Assembly (NCBI GenBank): GCA_044356455.1
Contig: JBIKWF010000108.1
Span: forward strand, 1-15,011
DNA from: Bdellovibrionota bacterium
GTDB taxonomy: Bacteria > Bdellovibrionota_C > UBA2361 > JBGSMV01
Reading direction: 5' to 3'
Length of the DNA stretch: 15,011 nucleotides
Position 1 is the stretch's first letter; each line of letters starts with the position of its first letter. The position numbers and the translations under genes were made by a program. Below are positions 1 to 5,669 of the stretch, one piece after another. The notes under the pieces are model-generated. The model was not told the origin of the DNA. It was given only the letters and a program-made list of their open reading frames with translations, and searched no databases.

Positions 1-379
1 CTGATTTCAAATCGCCACCACGGGGCAAGTTCAAAGATCATGCGGCACCGGAGGGACCCGGCGCCCCACCAAGATGCTGCACCACGAGGTAGGGCGCGCC
101 GTCCCCGGCGTGCCGAAAGATCTCCCGCACAGCCCAACTGATTTCAAATCGCCACCACGGGGCAAGTTCAAAGATCATGCGGCACCGGAGGGACCCGGCG
201 CCCCACCAAGATGCTGCACCACGAGGTAGGGCGCGCTGTTCCGCCTCTGCCAGTAGGCGACGGCGCGACGCGCGCCCTAGCGCGCCGAAAGATCTCCCGC
301 ACATCCCGACTGATTTCAAATCGCCACCACGGGGTAGCTTCAAAGATCGTGCGGCGCCGTAGGGACACGGCGCCCTACC
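1..379. repeat. Tandem array of REP/BIME-like units (137 bp, 172 bp and a partial third), each carrying inverted GTAG-type REP hairpins
   Basis: CTGATTTCAAATCGCCACCACGGGG starts at 1, 138 and 310. 28-nt hairpin elements of the form GGT(A/G)GGGCGC-nnn-GTCCC(C/T)-nnn-G(C/T)GCCG lie at 43-70 (-), 88-115 (+), 180-207 (-), 225-287 (+, with an insertion) and 352-379 (-). The array sits just 3' of metG. Confidence 0.8.
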
Positions 380-421
380 ATTTCAAATGGCTCGCACACT
401 CCTCAAGGGGTGGTAAAAGCC

Positions 422-2098
422 TCAAGCCTTTTCCGTCTCTATCTTCTGAAAAAGAATCTCAGGCTGCCCAAGGGCATGTCCCGCAGGAAGATTTTGAACC
501 GCCTGCTCCCAGGTTACGGTCTTCGGATCAAGTCCAAGCATCTTGACCATACGCTCACCCGTGGTTGGCATAAACGGCGTGAGCATGACACCAAGGGCCC
601 GAATCGCCTGAATAGCAATATTCAGAGTTGTTTTCGTAAGCTCCGCGTCGGTCTTCTTACTTGTCCACGGCGCTTTATCGTCGACATACTTATTGCAGGC
701 TCTTGCGAACTCCATGACCTGTTCAAGCGCCGTCTTAAAGTTAAACGCCTCGAGGGACTCGGTCACCTTGGCATGCGTACTTACCAGTGACTCAGTGAAC
801 GCCGCATCCACCGGGGTTAACTTTCCTGGTGTCTGCTCGGGAACCGCAGGGCCGTAATTTTTTATTGTGAACGAAAGAATTCGATTCACAAAATTGCCGA
901 TTACGTTTGCAAGTTCAGAGTTCTGACGCTGAATAAGGTCAGTGGTTTGATAGGTCGACTTTGAGCGCTCGGTTGCAATCATGGTGAGATAATACCTGAG
1001 CGCATCAGGGTCTCCCCCATTTTCAAGATACTCCTCAATCCAAACCGCAGTCCCACGAGACTTAGAAATTTTTTGCTCTTCTTGCCCAGGAAACTGGATG
1101 TTCATGAACTGGTTTACAATCACGCCCTTGGGCAGCTTGTAGGAACCTTCCGCAAGCAGCATCGCTATCCAGACCATGCAATGGAAGATGGTATTGTCTT
1201 CGCCAATGAAGTGATAGATCTCGGTGTCATCGGACTGCCACCACTCGCGGTATTTTTCTGCATCCCCCTCGGCTTCTGCGCATACTTCCTTGGTATTTGA
1301 AATGTACCCAATGGGTGCATCAAACCACACGTAAAGCACCTTGCCCTTGGCTTCAGGGTCAGTAAGAGGAAGCGGAACACCCCAACTAATATCGCGCGTC
1401 ATGGAACGTTTGACGAAACCGTTCCCTATCAGCCCCTCGACATATTTTTTGGTGTGCTCGCGCACCACAGAACGACCAAGCCACTCTCCTACCTGTGATT
1501 GAAACTTTGAAAGATCAAGGAACCAGTGCACGGTATCCCGCACCATCGCAGGCTCCCCGGACATCACACTTCGAGCATCCTTAAGATTCTCGACATCAAG
1601 CATTTTTCCGCAGGACTCACACTGGTCACCGTTTTGTTCGACCGTGCCGCAGTATCCGCAGGCCCCCTTTACGAAACGATCAGGAAGAAAGGTTTCGGTC
1701 TTTGGATCATAAAACTGACGCGTACTCTTCTTTTCAAAAAATCCCTTATCAAGCATGCGCTTAAAAAAGTCTTGGCTCATGCCCGCATGATGGGGATTAC
1801 GACTTGTTGAGCTGTAGGTATCAAACTCAATACGCAGTCCATCGAAGGCTCTCTTCTGGCTTTCGTTATAAAACTTGGCTACCTCGGCTGGTGTCTTCCC
1901 CTCCTTCTGCGCGGTGAGCATGATAGCGACGCCGTGATCATCGGAACCGCAAATGAACTTCACAGGAATTCCGCGCAGGCGCAGGAAACGCACGTAGGTG
2001 TCTGAGGGAAGGTATGCTCCCACAATATGGCCTACATGCAGGCGGCCATTTGAATAAGGGAGGGCGGCAGTAACAAGAACTCGTTTTCTAGAAGTCAT
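422..2098 (-). CDS. metG: Methionine--tRNA ligase (class I, MetRS2-like, short form without the C-terminal tRNA-binding domain)
   Basis: N-terminal LVTAALPYSNGRLHVGH (HIGH motif), CGSDDHG, zinc knuckle CGYC...CESC, RDISWGVPLP, YVWFDAPIGY, KISKSRG (KMSKS motif). Ends at ILFQKIE after the anticodon-binding helical domain. Confidence 0.98.
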   Translation of the reverse strand: MTSRKRVLVTAALPYSNGRLHVGHIVGAYLPSDTYVRFLRLRGIPVKFICGSDDHGVAIMLTAQKEGKTPAEVAKFYNESQKRAFDGLRIEFDTYSSTSRNPHHAGMSQDFFKRMLDKGFFEKKSTRQFYDPKTETFLPDRFVKGACGYCGTVEQNGDQCESCGKMLDVENLKDARSVMSGEPAMVRDTVHWFLDLSKFQSQVGEWLGRSVVREHTKKYVEGLIGNGFVKRSMTRDISWGVPLPLTDPEAKGKVLYVWFDAPIGYISNTKEVCAEAEGDAEKYREWWQSDDTEIYHFIGEDNTIFHCMVWIAMLLAEGSYKLPKGVIVNQFMNIQFPGQEEQKISKSRGTAVWIEEYLENGGDPDALRYYLTMIATERSKSTYQTTDLIQRQNSELANVIGNFVNRILSFTIKNYGPAVPEQTPGKLTPVDAAFTESLVSTHAKVTESLEAFNFKTALEQVMEFARACNKYVDDKAPWTSKKTDAELTKTTLNIAIQAIRALGVMLTPFMPTTGERMVKMLGLDPKTVTWEQAVQNLPAGHALGQPEILFQKIETEKA

Positions 2099-2173
2099 AG
2101 TCCCGGATCTTTACCAGGAAATAGGTTTGAAGAAAGCTCTTAGGAGAGATTTGCTTGGTATTCTTGGACCTAG

Positions 2174-2301
2174 GGAACCTCTGAAAAACCCCGATATTCT
2201 ATTCTTTTCTCTGCGATCTCTGTGTCCTCTGTGGTTTTTCAACGATTTAGATCAACCACAGAGGGCACAGAGCTCGCAGATCAGGCTTTTTCAGAGATTC
2301 C
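2174..2301. mobile_element. Non-autonomous IS5-family-like MITE (128 bp)
   Basis: Terminal inverted repeats GGAACCTCTGAAAAA (2174-2188) and TTTTTCAGAGATTCC (2287-2301) match at 14/15. CTAG flanks both sides (2170-2173, 2302-2305), the YTAR-type 4-bp target duplication known for the IS5 subgroup. There is no transposase. Confidence 0.75.
2210..2280. repeat. Long palindromic element inside the MITE (CTCTGTGTCCTCTGTGGTT / AACCACAGAGGGCACAGAG type)
   Basis: Arms 2210-2236 and 2254-2280 are reverse complements at 25/27 positions, around a 17-nt loop. Confidence 0.85.
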
Positions 2302-2371
2302 CTAGGAAGCCCCTGAAAGGCCATATTAATTGAAATACCTCTACCTTCTAGCCTTCCCTGCTAAGGGGGGC

Positions 2372-2809
2372 CTACCCCCTACTCTGATATCGAGCAAGCT
2401 GGGCCCGGTAGAACCGAATGGTCGCGGGATCGTCTATGCTCCCGCTCTCGATGCGCTCTCCAAGCTCGCCCAAATGCGTCCCAGCTGAGTTGAAATCGCC
2501 CGATCCAAGCAGTCCCGCGACAAGGTAGAGCAGCGCTGCAGCTGAATCGCTATCAAGCTTCTGTGCCTGCTGAGCACACGAAATAGCTTGGTCAAACGAC
2601 TTGTTATTTAAATGGACGAATGAAAGGCAAAGCCACGCGGGCGCAAATTCAGGAGCAACGGCAACAAGTCCGTCGGCAATACGCTCAGCTCTCCTGTAAT
2701 CACCATTCTCCAAGGAAAAGCGCGCAAGCTCGTAGATATTCGCGACTTCCTCGTCGGAATATCCACGTTTAAGAACCTCAGAACTAAGTCTTGGGCGAGC
2801 CGGTTTCAT
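2372..2809 (-). CDS. TPR protein resembling class II T3SS chaperones (SycD/LcrH/CesD-like)
   Basis: GYSDEEVANIYELARFSLENGDYRRAERIADGLVAVAPEFAPAWLCLS resembles the SycD pattern G-S--leqiYa-A---y--G-y--A. About three TPR-like helical pairs, 145 aa. I placed the start at ATG 2809 because it overlaps the upstream stop (ATGA). Confidence 0.7.
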   Translation of the reverse strand: MKPARPRLSSEVLKRGYSDEEVANIYELARFSLENGDYRRAERIADGLVAVAPEFAPAWLCLSFVHLNNKSFDQAISCAQQAQKLDSDSAAALLYLVAGLLGSGDFNSAGTHLGELGERIESGSIDDPATIRFYRAQLARYQSRG

Positions 2810-3063
2810 TTCGGTTCCTCCGGACGAACGGCTAGCCAATCAAGGACTTCCTTAAGCATAGATTCTTCAGCCGCCAAGCGCCGAAACGCAGCTCGGTCCG
2901 GCTCGGTACTCAGCTCGTCCTTTAATCCTTGCACCTTCTCAAAACGGGCAAAGAGCGAAGAAGTAAGCGGGGAGAGTCCGCCCACTCGCCCAATCACCGG
3001 CAATAGCAGCACTAGGGGCGATAACCCGAAGGGATCAGGTGGTGAGAGGAGAGACTTCTTCAT
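2806..3063 (-). CDS. Small hypothetical protein (85 aa) with a helical C-terminus
   Basis: ATG start, co-oriented with the export cluster. Its TGA overlaps the TPR gene ATG by 4 bp, which suggests translational coupling. Confidence 0.7.
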   Translation of the reverse strand: MKKSLLSPPDPFGLSPLVLLLPVIGRVGGLSPLTSSLFARFEKVQGLKDELSTEPDRAAFRRLAAEESMLKEVLDWLAVRPEEPK

Positions 3064-3133
3064 AGGTTTAGACTAGCGAATTAGATTGTTTCCTGGAAGA
3101 AGGAGGTTCGGTTGAGGAGAAAGAACTCTGAAA

Positions 3134-3808
3134 CTAATCCCTGCCCCCCTCGGCCTCAATCTCCCTTCGGCTCATGCGGTGGCGGCGCCTAAAGTCGAGT
3201 TGCTCTAGCACCATAGCCGCAAATCCGCCCGCCAGCGCTAGGGGGGCAATGGTAAACACCACGCCCTTGAGAAGCCCAGAGGCAAGTTTCGCAAATGCAT
3301 CTGCATCGATGCGCGTTATCCCCATCCCAAGAGAAGCCACAAAGGCGCCGATAAGAACGCCCATCACTATCCAACCGAGAGCCTTTATACTCGCAGTCAC
3401 GCCCCGACCCCCGATATTCTCAAAGCCAGAGAGCCCAAAGATTCGTTCCCCCTTAAAGGCCACAAGGTCCGGTTTTACGAGAAACTTGGTCTGTACCAAG
3501 CCTGAAAGTATCACCACCACAAAAGCAGCAACGAGTGGTGTAAAGAGCAACACCAGCAAGTCCTTGCTTATTTGCCCTAATCGTTCAGCGGTAAGCGCAT
3601 CAACCCCCGGCTCCCCGGAGCTTCTCACAAGTCCCTCGAACTCTCCCCACCAGCTCATTAGTTCCGTGCGTAGCGCCCAGGTAGAAAGCATGAGCGTGCC
3701 CAGGGCTAAAAGAAACGCGGCAGCAAACGAATAAGGAACCTTTCCCTCGTCTCGTAGCTCTTGAAGTTTATTCTGAGAGGGGGCCTCTGTTTTGTCTCCA
3801 CCTTCCAT
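3134..3808 (-). CDS. sctU: SctU/FlhB-family export protein, membrane domain only (no cytoplasmic NPTH domain)
   Basis: N-terminal DKTEAPSQNKLQELRDEGKVPYS matches the FlhB/YscU KTE-PT-kl--ar--G-V--S signature. It has LVQTKFL, four hydrophobic segments and LDFRRRHRMSRREI (cf. lrMsk-Evk-E), then a stop. Confidence 0.85.
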   Translation of the reverse strand: MEGGDKTEAPSQNKLQELRDEGKVPYSFAAAFLLALGTLMLSTWALRTELMSWWGEFEGLVRSSGEPGVDALTAERLGQISKDLLVLLFTPLVAAFVVVILSGLVQTKFLVKPDLVAFKGERIFGLSGFENIGGRGVTASIKALGWIVMGVLIGAFVASLGMGITRIDADAFAKLASGLLKGVVFTIAPLALAGGFAAMVLEQLDFRRRHRMSRREIEAEGGRD

Positions 3809-3819
3809 AGGCTTACTTT

Positions 3820-4440
3820 CTACTTTCCGAGGCCACGTTCCCGCGCAGAAGCCAAGAGGCTCTTCGGTGAAAATTCATGCGCAAAAAGATCTACAAAAAG
3901 CTGCAAAGAGGCTCCCGCGATGAGCAAAGCACCCAGCAAGCGCACGCCGCTCCAGGGAATAGCAAGCTCAACCTTGCCCATGCGAGCTCCAAGCATGACG
4001 ACCCATTGGCACGTAAGCTGGCCAAGAGTAACCGCAAGGGCGGTCGCCGCAGAACAAAACAAAACCGCCCCAAGCGCTGAGACAAGAAGGGCGGACGCAT
4101 ACCCAGTTTCTGAGCCTTGAAGAGCAGCAAGCATGGCATTTAAGTGCTGTAGCCAGTCTCCTCCAGAAAGAAGCAACCAGAGCGACAAAAGCACCACGAG
4201 CGCTCGAAGAGACTTCACCTGCCCCCGCACTTCACTAAGACGCTCCACGAGAATCACAGAGAAACCAGCGGCTAAAGGCACGAGCAGGATAAGAATTCCG
4301 ACCACAAGGTTCGCCGGAAAGGAGAGTTCAGGCGCCACGACATGCAAACAAAGCGCAATCGTCGCCGCCAAAGCGCAGCCCACTGCCCAAAGGCCAAAGG
4401 CACCAAAGATAAGCGCCAGAACTATTAGGAGAGTCACCAC
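3820..4440 (-). CDS. Hydrophobic membrane protein, positional SctT/FliR analogue (highly divergent)
   Basis: Lies between sctS and sctU, where SctT/FliR normally sits. 206 aa, multiple TM-like segments, LWLLLSGGDWLQHL (cf. FliR lFl---gH---l). Sequence signature weak. GTG start. Confidence 0.6.
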   Translation of the reverse strand: MVTLLIVLALIFGAFGLWAVGCALAATIALCLHVVAPELSFPANLVVGILILLVPLAAGFSVILVERLSEVRGQVKSLRALVVLLSLWLLLSGGDWLQHLNAMLAALQGSETGYASALLVSALGAVLFCSAATALAVTLGQLTCQWVVMLGARMGKVELAIPWSGVRLLGALLIAGASLQLFVDLFAHEFSPKSLLASARERGLGK

Positions 4441-4449
4441 TTCCGTTTC

Positions 4450-4698
4450 CTATTTCCAGCCTAATTCACTTAAGCGCGTAATAGATGAAATGAACCCGGG
4501 AAGCATCAGGTAAAGCACCGCCCCAATAGCGAGCACCCTGGCCGCATATCCGAGCACTGGCTCACGTATGGTGGTCGCAGACTGGAAAACTCCCATAACA
4601 AGCCCAGCCAGTGACGATGCAAGAATCAGTGGGGCTCCAATCAGCACCAAAGCCCGCATGGCCTCTGACACTATTTCGTAAAGATTTGAGGAATGCAT
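4450..4698 (-). CDS. sctS: SctS/FliQ-family export-gate protein
   Basis: 82 aa. EAMRALVLIGAPLILASSLAGLVMGVFQSATTIREPVLGYAARV matches the FliQ pattern (al---l--s-P-l---l-vGl-isifQa-TqiqE-tl-f-pK). GGAG RBS upstream. Confidence 0.88.
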   Translation of the reverse strand: MHSSNLYEIVSEAMRALVLIGAPLILASSLAGLVMGVFQSATTIREPVLGYAARVLAIGAVLYLMLPGFISSITRLSELGWK

Positions 4699-4715
4699 GT
4701 GGTCTCCCCTTCGTT

Positions 4716-5363
4716 TTACCGATACCCCGAGAGCAGTTTCTCAGCGATCAGAGTCCAGCCATCAACGCTAAAGAAAAGAAGCAGCTTGAGAGGCAAACTT
4801 GCAATACGGGCTGAGATTTGAGTGATATGAAGAGCCATCAACAAATTGACAACCAAAAGATCAATAACCACAAAGGGCACGATAAAAAGTACGCCAAGCT
4901 CAAGCGCCTTCTTAAGCTCGGTAATCATAAAACTTAGCGCCAGAGCTGAGAACGAAAGTGAAGGAGTAGGACCTTTCGCCTCACCACTAGCTGCTGATTC
5001 CTTATGAGAGTTCTCTGACTCCGCCGGGGCGCTCGCAGGGGCAGCCGTGAGAGCCGCAAGTTTCCCCATGACAGAATGGTCCGCATTGCGTTCCATGAAG
5101 GGCCGAAACTGTTTCTCAAGAGTATCGCCGCTGACCTTTAGCTCACCCCGCAAAAGTCCTTCCAGCCCTCCCATGGGCTGAAGCTGAGGCTGCATAACCA
5201 CCGCCGAGAGCAGGAGCGCAAAGCCCCCGACGATGGCCCCCATTCCGAGCCCCTCAAGCCCCATTCCCACGCGCAGCACACTAAGCGCCGTGAAAATTTT
5301 GGCGAAGGAGGTAAGAAGTAAAAGGGCGAGAATTCCACCAAGGAATACGGGCAACGAGTCCAT
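4716..5363 (-). CDS. sctR: SctR/FliP-family export-gate protein
   Basis: LLLTSFAKIFTALSVLRVGMG (FliP TSF-ki--vl--lR-alG), SFMITELKKALELGVLFIVPFVVIDLLV and SLPLKLLLFFSVDGW are diagnostic. No FliP-type N-terminal signal peptide, which is more SctR-like. Confidence 0.92.
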   Translation of the reverse strand: MDSLPVFLGGILALLLLTSFAKIFTALSVLRVGMGLEGLGMGAIVGGFALLLSAVVMQPQLQPMGGLEGLLRGELKVSGDTLEKQFRPFMERNADHSVMGKLAALTAAPASAPAESENSHKESAASGEAKGPTPSLSFSALALSFMITELKKALELGVLFIVPFVVIDLLVVNLLMALHITQISARIASLPLKLLLFFSVDGWTLIAEKLLSGYR

Positions 5364-5456
5364 GCCACGACTATAAGGGGTTGGGGCTTCATGGGGCTAT
5401 ATGGAAAGAGAGCAGGCATGGGAGGCCACCTGCTGTGAGGGCATCAGAATGTTTTC

Positions 5457-5536
5457 ACCACAAAGGACGCAAGGGACACAAAGGAATACGTTGAAATTGC
5501 TATTCTTAATTGAGCTTTCTTAGCGTCCTTTGTGGT
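5457..5536. repeat. Palindromic element (ACCACAAAGGACGC ... GCGTCCTTTGTGGT) related to the one at 2210-2280
   Basis: Perfect 14-bp inverted repeat (5457-5470 / 5523-5536). The left arm shows the same roughly 9-nt internal periodicity (CACAAAGGA CGCAAGGGA CACAAAGGA) as CACAGAGGG CACAGAG. Confidence 0.75.
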
Positions 5537-5669
5537 CCAATAAAAGCTTAAGTAAATTTAGCGTTTTACGCCGAACATTCTTGCGCCTTAACCTCCTGTG
5601 CCCTTGCTTGATTAGCCCCTTGGAAACGGGCTTACTACTCACCCGAAGTACATAGATTTGTATCCTTGT

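Noticed and set aside
1..379. CRISPR array
   Set aside because: The sequences between the repeated segments are themselves near-identical between units, so there are no unique spacers. The period is 137-172 bp and no cas genes are present.
38..546. Short ORFs over the left-hand repeat array
   Set aside because: They are Arg/Pro/Gly-rich translations of GC-rich palindromic repeats in several frames, with no coding signature.
422..2098. MetRS lacking the C-terminal dimerisation/tRNA-binding domain, with KISKS in place of KMSKS, as a novelty
   Set aside because: Short monomeric MetRS forms and this motif variant are common.
2351..2371. Intrinsic terminator after the TPR gene
   Set aside because: The stem relies on G-U pairs on the + strand, which become C-A mismatches on the transcribed minus strand, and there is no U-tract.
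3174..4513. Plus-strand ORFs of 119-186 aa opposite sctT/sctU
   Set aside because: They are antisense shadows of hydrophobic membrane genes, Ser/Thr/Ala/Lys-rich and without motifs.
5540..5669. Sigma70/sigma54/sigma28 promoters in the divergent intergenic region
   Set aside because: Only partial matches were found, with no convincing spacing. I cannot support a specific site.
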